Shown here piece by piece: positions 7,298 to 16,871 of a stretch of DNA of 64,000 nucleotides. Both the position numbers and the translations under genes were made by a program. The notes below the pieces were generated by a model. That model was not told the origin of the DNA, did no database searches, and worked only from the letters and a program-made list of their open reading frames with translations. The DNA is taken from the NCBI GenBank assembly GCA_030038275.1, contig JASHPG010000221.1, positions 3,451-67,450 of the forward strand. The letters are read 5' to 3'. The DNA comes from Candidatus Acidiferrales bacterium. Lineage in GTDB: Bacteria; Acidobacteriota; Terriglobia; Acidiferrales; UBA7541. The first letter of the stretch is position 1; each line of letters opens with the position of its first letter.

Positions 7298-10180
7298 CTA
7301 AGCAGCGGCGGAGGTGCAGAGGGCAACAGGGAAGCGCTGGAAGAGGTCCGCGGCACGAAGAATGAGGGTGCGGCCCCGTTTCAGGGCGCGAACGGTCTCG
7401 CCGGTGATCACGTTACGCCATTCGGTGGGAGCACCGGGCGGGAGTCCGATCGAGGCGGTGGCCCAAACGGTGCGGCCCAGGGGCATTTCTTCAGGCTCGA
7501 CGAGGCGGGAAGACAGGCGAGGAGCGGCTGCGACGACCCATTCGCTATTGCGGCGGCGAGCGAAGGAGAAAAGATTGTCCTTTTGGCGGCCGAAAGTTTC
7601 GAGGGGAAGATACTCGCCGCACTCAAAGATCTCGCGACGATCGTGGCGGAAGGTCAGCGCGCGCCAAGTGAGATACAGCTTGATGCGGCCGTCGGTCCAG
7701 CTCGCTAAAAGATTGTCGAGTAATGTTTCGCGTCCATCGTGATCGAGGTGCTTGAGCTCGTCCAACAAGCGACGGCGAAGGGGAAAATCCACAGGCCGGC
7801 GGTTATCGGGATCGACGAGATTGAGATCCCAGAGTTCTTCGCCCTGATAAAAATCCGGCAGGCCGGGCGAAGCGATTTTCAGGAGAACTTGCGACAGGGA
7901 ATTCAGGCAGCCGTAGAACGCGACTTTCTTTTGCAATGCAAGAAATTCCGGAAGAAAGCCGGAGGAGAGATCGCCATCGAAGATCGCGTCGATATAGCCG
8001 AGCAGAGCCGATTCGTAATCGGTGTTGGGCTCGAACCAGTTCGTGTGGAGTTTGGCTTCGCGAACGGCTTTCGTGAAAAACGATTTGAGGCGCTCGCGAA
8101 AAGCCGGGAGTTCGTCGGAGGAAACGGGCCAGGCGCCGAGCATCGTTTGATAGAGGAGCGATTCTTCGCCGGGATCGGGAGCGAAAGTTCCGTTGACGAG
8201 TTTGCGATGCGGGGCGTTGGCGCGGCGCGCGCGGCGAAAGAAGCGCTCCCATTCGCGCGGAAGCTCGGAGAGGACGTTGACGCGGGCGCGGACGTCGGCG
8301 CCGCGCTTCGTGTCGTGCGTGGAGGTGGTGTTCATGGTGCGTGGCCAGTGAAGTCGGCGGTAGGAATTGAATTCATGGAGCGCGGAGACGCCGAGCGGAA
8401 AGGATTCGCGCATCGGATCGCCGCCGACGTCGGCGAGGGAGATGAGGCTGTTGTGGATGTAGGCAGCGGTGTCTTCAAGGCCCTTGGCCATCACCGGCCC
8501 GGTGAATTGCTGCCAGCGCATGATGAATTGAAGATACGAGGCGCGAAGTTGCGGGGCGTACGCGGGCGGCTCGAGGAACAGCACCTGGTGGAGAAAGGCG
8601 AAGGATGCGTCGCTGATTTGCCCGGCTGAAATGCGTCCGCGAGCGAGCGTCAAAGCGCGGTGCAGAAATTCGCGGTCGCGCCCGGAAATTTCGGCGCTAC
8701 GGATGTATGTACGATAGACGGGGAGGCAAGCGGTGACGACTTTCAGCAGCTCGATCAGCTCCGCGAGGGGCAAGTCGCGAGCTTTGCGATCGTCCGCGGC
8801 GAGCACTCCCAAGCGGTGGCCGAGCGAGTGAACTTCGCGGGCGAAAAGGGTCTCCATCACGAGCATGTTGCCCTTGTAGCTCGTCTCGGAGAAGGGAACC
8901 GGGGAGCGATTCGCGCGCGAGTAGGCTTCTTCGATGTCGTTGAGGCCGGCAGGATCGATGAATAACGCGTTCACGGCATTCAGAAAATCGTAGCCGGTGG
9001 TGCCGGAGACCGGCCAATCATCGGGTAGGTGCTCGCGTCCGCCAAGAATCTTTTCGACAATGACGTACAGCGGCTGAGGCGAAGACGTATCTTCTGCAAC
9101 AGCCGACGATTGCAACTGCGTTAGATAGGCGCGCGGGTCGAAAAGGCCGTCGACGTGATCGATGCGCAGACCGGTTACGCGGCCATCGCGGACGAGCTGA
9201 AAAATCGCGTGATGGCGGTCGGCAAAGACGGCAGGGTCTTCGACACGGACGGCAACAAATTCGTTGAGGCCGAAAAATCGGCGGTAGTTGACCTCTTCGA
9301 GGCCGATTTTCCAGTGAGCGAGGCGATAGGGCTGCGAGGAGAGAATGCGATCGAGCTGGAGCAACGTGGAGGGGCTTTCGCGCGACCCGTTGATGCTGCG
9401 GATCACTGCGTCGGCGGCCTGGCGAATTTCCGGCGCGGATTGGCAGAGCTGCCAGAGACGTTGTTTGATAGCGGCAGAATCGGCGATTCGGCGCTGGCGT
9501 TCTTCGGCGCCGGTGTGCCAATACGGCGGGATATCGCGGACAAGTTCGAGGAGTTCAGAGATGGCGCGGGATTGTTCGGGGCCGGCGGATTGCTTTTGCT
9601 CTATCAGCTCGGCGATGCCGACGATCACCGGCTCGTAAGACTTGGGATCGAGCGGGAAACGGTGATCGAAATATTGGATGAAGAAACCGGAATCATCAAG
9701 GCGCAGCGCGAGTTCGCAATTTTCGAGGACATTGCCGTAGAGGTCGCCGAGCAAGGGAAGGAGAACGCGATTGTCTTGCAGGAACGCCGCTTTGGCGACG
9801 GCAGGGTGCCAGTCGATATCGAAGTAGTCGGCGTAGCGGGAGCTGGGACCATTTTCAAGGACATCCATCCACCAGGGATTTTCGTGGCTGGCGGCCATGT
9901 GATTGGGAACGATGTCGAGAAGCAGGCCCATCGAATAGCTTTTCAGGCGCGCGGAGAGATCGTCGAAATCACGTTCCGTGCCGAGTTCCGAGCTGACGCG
10001 GCGAGGGTCGGCCACATCGTATCCGTGCGAGCTGCCTTTGCGCGCCTGGAATCGCGGTGACGCGTATAGATCGGAAATGCCGAGGTCGTTGAGATAGGGG
10101 ACGAGCTCGCGAACGTCGATGAAACGGAATTGCAAATTGAATTGAATGCGATAGGTGGAGCTGGGAACCCGGAGCGCCAT
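7298..10180 (-). CDS. treY: Malto-oligosyltrehalose synthase
   Basis: 960 aa. N-terminus STYRIQFNLQFRFIDVRELVPYLNDLGISDLYASPRFQARKGSSHGYDV, then LDIVPNHM, and typical TreY length. Confidence 0.93.
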   Translation of the reverse strand: MALRVPSSTYRIQFNLQFRFIDVRELVPYLNDLGISDLYASPRFQARKGSSHGYDVADPRRVSSELGTERDFDDLSARLKSYSMGLLLDIVPNHMAASHENPWWMDVLENGPSSRYADYFDIDWHPAVAKAAFLQDNRVLLPLLGDLYGNVLENCELALRLDDSGFFIQYFDHRFPLDPKSYEPVIVGIAELIEQKQSAGPEQSRAISELLELVRDIPPYWHTGAEERQRRIADSAAIKQRLWQLCQSAPEIRQAADAVIRSINGSRESPSTLLQLDRILSSQPYRLAHWKIGLEEVNYRRFFGLNEFVAVRVEDPAVFADRHHAIFQLVRDGRVTGLRIDHVDGLFDPRAYLTQLQSSAVAEDTSSPQPLYVIVEKILGGREHLPDDWPVSGTTGYDFLNAVNALFIDPAGLNDIEEAYSRANRSPVPFSETSYKGNMLVMETLFAREVHSLGHRLGVLAADDRKARDLPLAELIELLKVVTACLPVYRTYIRSAEISGRDREFLHRALTLARGRISAGQISDASFAFLHQVLFLEPPAYAPQLRASYLQFIMRWQQFTGPVMAKGLEDTAAYIHNSLISLADVGGDPMRESFPLGVSALHEFNSYRRLHWPRTMNTTSTHDTKRGADVRARVNVLSELPREWERFFRRARRANAPHRKLVNGTFAPDPGEESLLYQTMLGAWPVSSDELPAFRERLKSFFTKAVREAKLHTNWFEPNTDYESALLGYIDAIFDGDLSSGFLPEFLALQKKVAFYGCLNSLSQVLLKIASPGLPDFYQGEELWDLNLVDPDNRRPVDFPLRRRLLDELKHLDHDGRETLLDNLLASWTDGRIKLYLTWRALTFRHDRREIFECGEYLPLETFGRQKDNLFSFARRRNSEWVVAAAPRLSSRLVEPEEMPLGRTVWATASIGLPPGAPTEWRNVITGETVRALKRGRTLILRAADLFQRFPVALCTSAAA

Positions 10181-10183
10181 GTT

Positions 10184-12613
10184 TTAGCTCACGCGCACTC
10201 GCAACTTTTCGCCGAGGGCGACAAAGGCAGCGGTCCATTCCTTGGCGGCGGCTTCGCCTTGAGCGGCGCGGGCGGCGTAGCCCGGATAGATATCCTGAAG
10301 CAGCTTGAAAAAGTGGTTCTGCGCCTTCGACAGGTCGATCGGAAATGGAAATGACGGGGCGAGAGCCGCGGCATCGCTGAGCGCTTGCAGCCGCTCGATG
10401 TTATCGGGTTGATCGAACCATTGTTGCGCGAGGCGCTCGGCGGCTCCGCGCATGGCGAATTCGAGGGTTTGCGCATCGAGCGATATGCCAGTGCGCTTGG
10501 CTTCGTCCAACAGGGCGCGAACGCGGTCGAGGTCGAGCTTATCGGCGTCGAGTTCGCGACGCAGCAGGGAATTGAGCGTGAACTCAGCGGCGATTTGAAA
10601 ACGGCGCGGCGGAGGAATGTGCAGATCGGCCATAAAGCGCATCATGGGCGCGTAATGTTCGAAGAGCTGGCGGTACGACGCTTCAGCCTCTTCAAGAGCT
10701 TGATTGAGGATCAGGCGCAATATGTGGCGCTGCTCGTCGCGGAAAAGAAGGCGGAGCGTGAAGCTGCCCGAGCCGAAGTCGCGGTCCACTACACGCAGAA
10801 TTTCGGGAAGATCGCCGCGTTCGAACACATCGGCGATTTCGAAGCAAAGAGCGGAATAGGCCGGTTCACCCTGAAATTCGCGGACGCCGCCGTTAACGTT
10901 GTGGTCGCCGAGATGAAGGACGCCGAAGCTGACGTGCTCGGATTCGAGAACGATTTCCGAGCGGACGATGACGCGTCCGAGAGCGAGCCGCATTTTACCC
11001 GCGGACAGCAGCCGGTAGTCGGTGCGATTTATGGCGAAGCAGTAGATGGTGCTCTCGGTTGGATAGGATTGGAACAGCGAGCTAATGGCGTAGTGAGCGC
11101 CAACCGTTTCGAGGTCAATCATGGCGGGCTTGACAAACGATTCGAAGATGGTTTTACCGTCCGGCGGCTGCGGAAGATTGGACTTGGCCTGCGCGAGTTT
11201 TTCAAGGAACTGTGATTCGATGCCATCGCCGAAGAGCTGCTGGCCGAGCTGCAGGGCGCGGCCCGCGTACTGAATCACCTGAACGGTTTCGATGCCAGAG
11301 AGCTCGTCGAAAAACCAGCCGCAACTCGTGAACATGAGCAGAGCGTGCCGCTGCATTTCGAGCAGTTTGAGCGCGGTGATGCGCTCGGAATCGTTCAGCG
11401 GATGAGTGCATTCCGCGGCGAGGAATATGTCGATTGATTCGCGAGAGCGATTCAGAATAACGTCGATGTATTTGTCGCGAGCGCGCCACGGATCGGCGAA
11501 AAGTTCCCGGCCTTTTTCCTCGTAGCGCGGCGCGAGCTGGTCACGAAGCCAGTTGAGCGAGTCGCGCAGTGGCGCGCGCCACTGCTGATGCCAGCCGGGA
11601 TGCATCCCGGAATTACAGCCGCAATCAGCGCGCCAGCGGTCCACGCCGTGAACGCAACTCCAGGAAGTGTTTTCCTTGATGCGGACTTCGCGGAAAGGCG
11701 GATATTTCTCCAGAAATTCGCCGTAATTGATCATTTTGGCGATGCCGGTGGTCTCGATGTGCTCGATGGCATAGGAGAGAGCCATTTCGCCGCGTTTGTG
11801 ATGATGGCCGTAGGTTTCGCCATCTGTGGCGATATGGACGAGTTGCGGCCAGTCGCGCGTGTCAGAAAAAGCCTGTGCGAGACGCGAGGCCAAGTACTCG
11901 CCTTTATTCAGCAAGCCCTCGAAAGCGACCGCGCGTGAGATGGGGCCATCGTAAAAGAAAATAGCCATGGTGCGGCCGGAGGAAAGCGTAACGCGGTAAG
12001 GGGTAGAAGGGTCGATGCTGCCGTCGCTGACGTCGCGCCAGCGAGTGCCGCCGATTCGGCGTGCCGAACGGGCCTGCGATGTGGCGAGAATGGTGAATTT
12101 GATGCCGTGCTGCGCGAGCAGGTCGAGAGTTTCCGTATCTACCGCAGTTTCAGCCAGCCACATCCCTTCGGGGATGCGACCGAAACGAAGCTCGAAATCG
12201 CGGATGCCCCAGACGATCTGCGTTTCCTTGTCGCGGCGGTTGGCAAGCGGCATGATCGCGTGGTTGTAAACTTGCGCGATTGCAGAGCCGTGCCCGGAAT
12301 AGAGGACTTGGCTCATTTTGTCCGCCTCGATGATCGCTTCGTACACTTCCGGAGATTTGTCGGCGAGCCAGGAAAGAAGCGTGGGCCCGAAATTGAAGCT
12401 GATTTTTGAGTAGTTGTTTACGATGCGGACGATGCGGTCCTCTTCATCGAGAACTCGCGACGCGGCGTTGGGACCGTAGCACTCGGCGGTTATCCGCTCG
12501 TTCCAATCGTGATAGGGGTAAGCGGAATCCTGTATTTCGATGGCTTCGAGCCAGGGATTTTCGCGCGGTGGCTGGTAAAAATGGCCGTGGATGCAGATGT
12601 AGCGATCGGGCAT
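10184..12613 (-). CDS. GH57-family glycoside hydrolase with a long DUF3536-type C-terminal region
   Basis: 809 aa. GH57 conserved regions: CIHGHFYQPPRENPW, GMWLAETAV (candidate nucleophile Glu) and HIATDGETYGHH (candidate acid/base Asp). There is a 3-nt gap to treY and a 1-nt TGATG overlap with treZ. Confidence 0.85.
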   Translation of the reverse strand: MPDRYICIHGHFYQPPRENPWLEAIEIQDSAYPYHDWNERITAECYGPNAASRVLDEEDRIVRIVNNYSKISFNFGPTLLSWLADKSPEVYEAIIEADKMSQVLYSGHGSAIAQVYNHAIMPLANRRDKETQIVWGIRDFELRFGRIPEGMWLAETAVDTETLDLLAQHGIKFTILATSQARSARRIGGTRWRDVSDGSIDPSTPYRVTLSSGRTMAIFFYDGPISRAVAFEGLLNKGEYLASRLAQAFSDTRDWPQLVHIATDGETYGHHHKRGEMALSYAIEHIETTGIAKMINYGEFLEKYPPFREVRIKENTSWSCVHGVDRWRADCGCNSGMHPGWHQQWRAPLRDSLNWLRDQLAPRYEEKGRELFADPWRARDKYIDVILNRSRESIDIFLAAECTHPLNDSERITALKLLEMQRHALLMFTSCGWFFDELSGIETVQVIQYAGRALQLGQQLFGDGIESQFLEKLAQAKSNLPQPPDGKTIFESFVKPAMIDLETVGAHYAISSLFQSYPTESTIYCFAINRTDYRLLSAGKMRLALGRVIVRSEIVLESEHVSFGVLHLGDHNVNGGVREFQGEPAYSALCFEIADVFERGDLPEILRVVDRDFGSGSFTLRLLFRDEQRHILRLILNQALEEAEASYRQLFEHYAPMMRFMADLHIPPPRRFQIAAEFTLNSLLRRELDADKLDLDRVRALLDEAKRTGISLDAQTLEFAMRGAAERLAQQWFDQPDNIERLQALSDAAALAPSFPFPIDLSKAQNHFFKLLQDIYPGYAARAAQGEAAAKEWTAAFVALGEKLRVRVS

Positions 12614-14469
12614 CAGCGAAGCTCCCCGTCAGATTTATAGAGAGCGAACGATGAAGCGGCAACCGTGAGTTGGAGTTCGCCGGGAGATTCGAATTGTGCC
12701 GGAGTGCTGCTGCCTGGGCCGCTCCAGCGCCGATCGGCGGAGTCTAGGGCTCTCTCCCAGGCGCCGACGGGAGCTGGTATGTGGAGCAAGGCGGCGCTCC
12801 GCTCGAAATTGAAGATTGCGAGGCGCTGATGCGACTCGTGCCAGCGGCGAAGCAAGAGCGCCTTGGGCGAGTCAAACGGAATGGCTTCGAGATCGTTTTT
12901 ATCGCGCCGCGAAAAAACGGGGTCTTCGCGGCGAAGACGAAGAAGCTCTTTGTAAAACTCGAGCAGGATTTTGTGAGGCGCGGAGCAGCGCAGATTCCAA
13001 TCGATGCGCGAACGGGCGAAGGTGGACTCATCCTGCGGATCGGGAATATCGCCTTGCCAGGCGAAGCGCGAAAATTCCTCGCGACGCCCTTTGTGTACGG
13101 CTTCGATTAAAGCGGGATCGCCGTGGCTGACGAAATAGAGGAACGGCGCCCTCTCGCCGTACTCCTCGCCCATGAAAAGGAGCGGCAGAAATGGCGAGAG
13201 AAGCACCAGTCCGGCTGCGAGTTTTAGACCTTCCAGAGAGACGAGCGAGCTGAGGCGCTCACCGAGCCGGCGATTTCCGACCTGATCGTGATTCTGAGCG
13301 AAGACGGCGAATTTTTCGGCAGGAAGAAATTTCGAGGAATTGCCATGGCGCCGTCCGCGATACTTCGATTCTTGGCCGGAGAAGACGAATCCTTCGGAGA
13401 AGGCCCGGGCAAGTTGCGCCGTTGAGCCGAAGTCCGCGTAATAACCCTCACGATCGTCGGTAAGCAGAGTGTGAACGCTATGGTGAAAATCGTCGTTCCA
13501 GGATGCATCCAATCCGTATCCACAGACGGGATCGGATGAAACGATGCGGGCATCGTTGAGATCGCTTTCGGGAAACAGGTAGATGTTGCGCCCGAGTTGA
13601 TCGGCACGGCGATGGACGACAGTCGCGAGCTCGCCGAGAAACGGCCGCGCGGATGTGTCGGTAATGGCGTGGACAGCGTCGAGGCGAAGCGCGTCGAAAT
13701 GAAAGTCCTCAACCCAGTGGAGCGCGTTTTCGATGAAGTAGCGGCGGACGTGATCGCTTTGTGCGCGATCGAAGTTGATCGCCTCGCCCCAGGGCGTGTG
13801 ATAAAAATCGGTGAAATAAGGGCCGAAACGCGAGAAATAGTTACCTTCTGGACCCAGATGGTTGTACACAACGTCGAGAACAACGGCGAGTCCGGCGCAA
13901 TGGCAGGCGTTCACGAGGCGCTTCAGCGCATTTGGGCCGCCGTAGGATGCCTGCACGGCAAACGGATAGACGCCGTCGTAGCCCCAGTTGCGCGAGCCGG
14001 GAAATTGCGCGACGGGCATCAGTTCGATGGCGCTGATGCCGAGATCTTTTAGCGCGCCAAGGCGGGGAATGATGGCATCGAAGGTGCCTTCTGGCGTGAA
14101 TGTGCCGGCGTGCAGTTCGTAAAAAACGTAGTCGCGAAGTTCGATGCCGCGCCAGGATCGATCGTCCCAGGAAAAGCGAGGATCGACGACTTCGGACGGC
14201 CCGTGAACGCCCTCAGGCTGAAAGCGGGAGGCTGGATCGGGACGCTCGTCGCCGGAATCGAAGCGATAAAAGTAGCGCGCACCCGGCAAGGCGTCCGGGA
14301 CATGCAGATGGGAATAGCCATCCGGCAGTTGCCGCATCGGCAAGGAGATGTCGCGCGGTGCCACGAGATGCAAATCGAGGCGCTGCGCTCGCGGCGCCCA
14401 GACAAGAAACGTACAGCCACTATTTTCCTGAAAATGCGCGCCCAGCCTCTCAGTGGAACCTGAAGTCAC
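12613..14469 (-). CDS. treZ: Malto-oligosyltrehalose trehalohydrolase
   Basis: 618 aa. GH13 regions VVLDVVYNHLGPEGNY, FDALRLDAVHAI, LFPESDLND and FAQNHDQVGNR, with an N-terminal E-set domain (TFLVWAPRAQRLDLHL). Confidence 0.92.
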   Translation of the reverse strand: MTSGSTERLGAHFQENSGCTFLVWAPRAQRLDLHLVAPRDISLPMRQLPDGYSHLHVPDALPGARYFYRFDSGDERPDPASRFQPEGVHGPSEVVDPRFSWDDRSWRGIELRDYVFYELHAGTFTPEGTFDAIIPRLGALKDLGISAIELMPVAQFPGSRNWGYDGVYPFAVQASYGGPNALKRLVNACHCAGLAVVLDVVYNHLGPEGNYFSRFGPYFTDFYHTPWGEAINFDRAQSDHVRRYFIENALHWVEDFHFDALRLDAVHAITDTSARPFLGELATVVHRRADQLGRNIYLFPESDLNDARIVSSDPVCGYGLDASWNDDFHHSVHTLLTDDREGYYADFGSTAQLARAFSEGFVFSGQESKYRGRRHGNSSKFLPAEKFAVFAQNHDQVGNRRLGERLSSLVSLEGLKLAAGLVLLSPFLPLLFMGEEYGERAPFLYFVSHGDPALIEAVHKGRREEFSRFAWQGDIPDPQDESTFARSRIDWNLRCSAPHKILLEFYKELLRLRREDPVFSRRDKNDLEAIPFDSPKALLLRRWHESHQRLAIFNFERSAALLHIPAPVGAWERALDSADRRWSGPGSSTPAQFESPGELQLTVAASSFALYKSDGELR

Positions 14470-14508
14470 GCGAGAAGGACCTCCTGCGAGCTTGAGCGAG
14501 CTGGCGAA

Positions 14509-16119
14509 TCACTGGTTGTGACGGGCCGCCAAGATGCCGCGAATGCCTTCTAGAGGAATCGGCAACCACGCGGGACGATTGTTCAGTTCGTATCCCATTT
14601 CATACACGGCCTTTTCCACGAGGTAAATTTTGAGCAGTGCGTCAAACTCCGGCTGAGCGGGCAGAAATTTCGCGTCGCCGGCTGCCCTACGATAGGCGCT
14701 GAGAAATTCGCGCGAAGCCGAGTCTTGCCATTCGGCGGCAAGCGAGTCTATTTGCCTTGGCAAATTTCCTGAGTTGGGCAATCGCTCCTTGGTCGAGATG
14801 GAAGCGGTGCGGGCCGCGTAGTGAAAAGAACGAAGCATTCCGGCGATGTCCTGCAACGGAGAGCGCTTATTTCTACGATCGCTCAGCGGGTGAGCGGGCT
14901 CGCCCTCAAAGTCGATGATGAAATAATCCGAACCGGTGAACAAAACTTGTCCCAAGTGATAATCACCATGAATTCTGGTGCGAATCGACGAGAAGTCCTT
15001 TTCTGCGATCGAGTGAAGAACCAATAGGGCGTCGTCCTCCAATCTGAGAGCTTGCCCGGCCAATTCCGCGACCGGCGCGGGCATCTCGGCGAGTTTCGCG
15101 CGAAGCGTGCCGAAGTTCTGGACGGCCATGTCGTGAAATGCCCGATCCATCTCCACGCGAATTTCCGTTGTGAACCGCTCGGGCGCGAACCCCGGGTCGT
15201 CCCCGGAAGACGCGAGAGCCAAGTGAAGCTCAGCGGTGCGCTTGCCGAGGAGGCCAATCAGATCGAGATGCCGCCCGAATCGAGCGGAGACCTCGGCAAC
15301 GCCCGAGACGAGTTTCGGTTCTTCAGTTGGATGATCGGGAGAGGCAAAGAGTGCCGCGAGGGATTCCACCGTGCAGCGCCAACCATCGCCAATGTTGGGC
15401 ACGAATTGCTGAAGTACGCCAAGTGTCATGACCTTCGAATCATGCGACTCGTACGTTAGAGAGCCGCATAACGGCGGAGTGTTGCTGAAATGCGCCACGG
15501 AAGTTAGGAAGCGGCCAATTTCCAGATCGGGGTGAATACCTTCTTCTACGCGCCGGAAGATCTTCAAAATCAACCGATCGCCATACTTGACCGAAGAATT
15601 GCTCTGTTCGCCTTTCAGAACTCGGGGTTCTAGTGAGGATGTATCAGCGCCTGCCTGCCTGGAGAGCATCGATTCAGGAGCCGCGAGTAGAAAGCCCTCG
15701 TCCCCCGGAAAAGATCGCGAGCTTACGATTGCGTTCAGGATGGCGACGAGAAATTCCCGGTCGGTCAGAGCATCGATCAGCGGCTGCTCGGAGGTGTAGC
15801 CGGAAGCGGAAAGGCGCAGTACGACCGACTCCCGAGGCACAGCGCGACCGGCAGCAGGCGCGACGAGCGGAAGGACGTATGTTTCGTCCTGGCCTTCCGT
15901 GAATTCAACGTCAATCAGCACGATGAAAGCCAAAGACTCCGAGAGTGGAATGGGAATGGCGTCGGAAAGCTGGACGGATTGAATGGCCCTAGCTTTTGAC
16001 CGGAACCACCTTTGATTCGGCAGGAACTGAGGCATCTGTGCGGCGATTGCGGTGCGGAGCCTGCCTATGAACTCCGCATCGAGCTGTTGTGAGGTCATTC
16101 CATCGCTCCTCCCGGGCAC
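14509..16119 (-). CDS. mak: Maltokinase (maltose-1-phosphate forming), Pep2/Mak-like
   Basis: 536 aa. Kinase core IHGDYHLGQVLFTGSDYFIIDFEGEP and the C-terminal YLVEKAVYEMGYELNNRP motif are typical of the maltokinase part of TreS-Pep2 proteins. Lies between treS and glgE partners. Confidence 0.8.
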   Translation of the reverse strand: MPGRSDGMTSQQLDAEFIGRLRTAIAAQMPQFLPNQRWFRSKARAIQSVQLSDAIPIPLSESLAFIVLIDVEFTEGQDETYVLPLVAPAAGRAVPRESVVLRLSASGYTSEQPLIDALTDREFLVAILNAIVSSRSFPGDEGFLLAAPESMLSRQAGADTSSLEPRVLKGEQSNSSVKYGDRLILKIFRRVEEGIHPDLEIGRFLTSVAHFSNTPPLCGSLTYESHDSKVMTLGVLQQFVPNIGDGWRCTVESLAALFASPDHPTEEPKLVSGVAEVSARFGRHLDLIGLLGKRTAELHLALASSGDDPGFAPERFTTEIRVEMDRAFHDMAVQNFGTLRAKLAEMPAPVAELAGQALRLEDDALLVLHSIAEKDFSSIRTRIHGDYHLGQVLFTGSDYFIIDFEGEPAHPLSDRRNKRSPLQDIAGMLRSFHYAARTASISTKERLPNSGNLPRQIDSLAAEWQDSASREFLSAYRRAAGDAKFLPAQPEFDALLKIYLVEKAVYEMGYELNNRPAWLPIPLEGIRGILAARHNQ

Positions 16120-16162
16120 GAGGCGATGCGATGCGCGTCACTTCCAGAATACTCCAGACGGT

Positions 16163-16864
16163 CTAGAGCGGAGAAAGTTCGTCGTCGCGCTCTCTTTCCT
16201 CTCGCAAAAAGTGGCGTTCCAGCAGGCGTGCGGCAAGATGGCGCCCGCCAAGGCCGAAGGCGATGGCCAGCCCGAGCATGATCGCTCCGAACATAATGGA
16301 GAAGGCGATTTCCATGGTTTCTTTTCCGAGGCCCACCTGTTCGAGCGCCATGGAAAGAGCCAGGAAGATAATCACGATCCGCACCGTGCCGCTGAGAAGC
16401 CTCGGCGAAGAGAATCCCGCGTTAACGCCCGCAAGCAGCGCCGCGCGCGAGAAGAAGTTCGCAGCCAGCAGACCGACGAAGAGGATCAAGAAAGCCACGA
16501 AGATCTGCGGAAGCAGCGCGATCAGATCGGCGATCTGCTGCTGCAAGCTGCCTATCCCGAGGAAGCTGACGCCGACGATAACGAATCCAAGCCAGACGAC
16601 CCAGAAGAGGGCGCGGCTAAGCAAATCTGTCATGGTTGGGAGTTCGGCGCGGCGCAGCAGGCGGGAGGCGCCTGCCTCCTCGGACATCTTTTCCACATTC
16701 GTGACGCGCAAAATCCCGCGAAGGATGATTTTCAGGAGGTACGCGACAATCCAGCCGACGAGAATCACCACGAGCATCAAGAGGAAGTGGGGAAGGAACT
16801 CGGCCAGCATCCTGGTCAAGTTGTCGTGGGCCTGTTGAAACGCGTGAATAATCATTTCTTTCAT
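16163..16864 (-). CDS. Membrane protein built from 'conserved TM helix' repeats (as found N-terminal to MscS-type channels), with no MscS beta-domain
   Basis: Start set at ATG 16864 (MKEMIIHAF...), 7 nt after the upstream stop. 233 aa with about 5-6 hydrophobic helices and repeated L..IL..IL.A..I...G motifs. Acidic/basic tail REERERDDE. Confidence 0.65.
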   Translation of the reverse strand: MKEMIIHAFQQAHDNLTRMLAEFLPHFLLMLVVILVGWIVAYLLKIILRGILRVTNVEKMSEEAGASRLLRRAELPTMTDLLSRALFWVVWLGFVIVGVSFLGIGSLQQQIADLIALLPQIFVAFLILFVGLLAANFFSRAALLAGVNAGFSSPRLLSGTVRIVIIFLALSMALEQVGLGKETMEIAFSIMFGAIMLGLAIAFGLGGRHLAARLLERHFLREERERDDELSPL

Positions 16865-16871
16865 AACGCAC

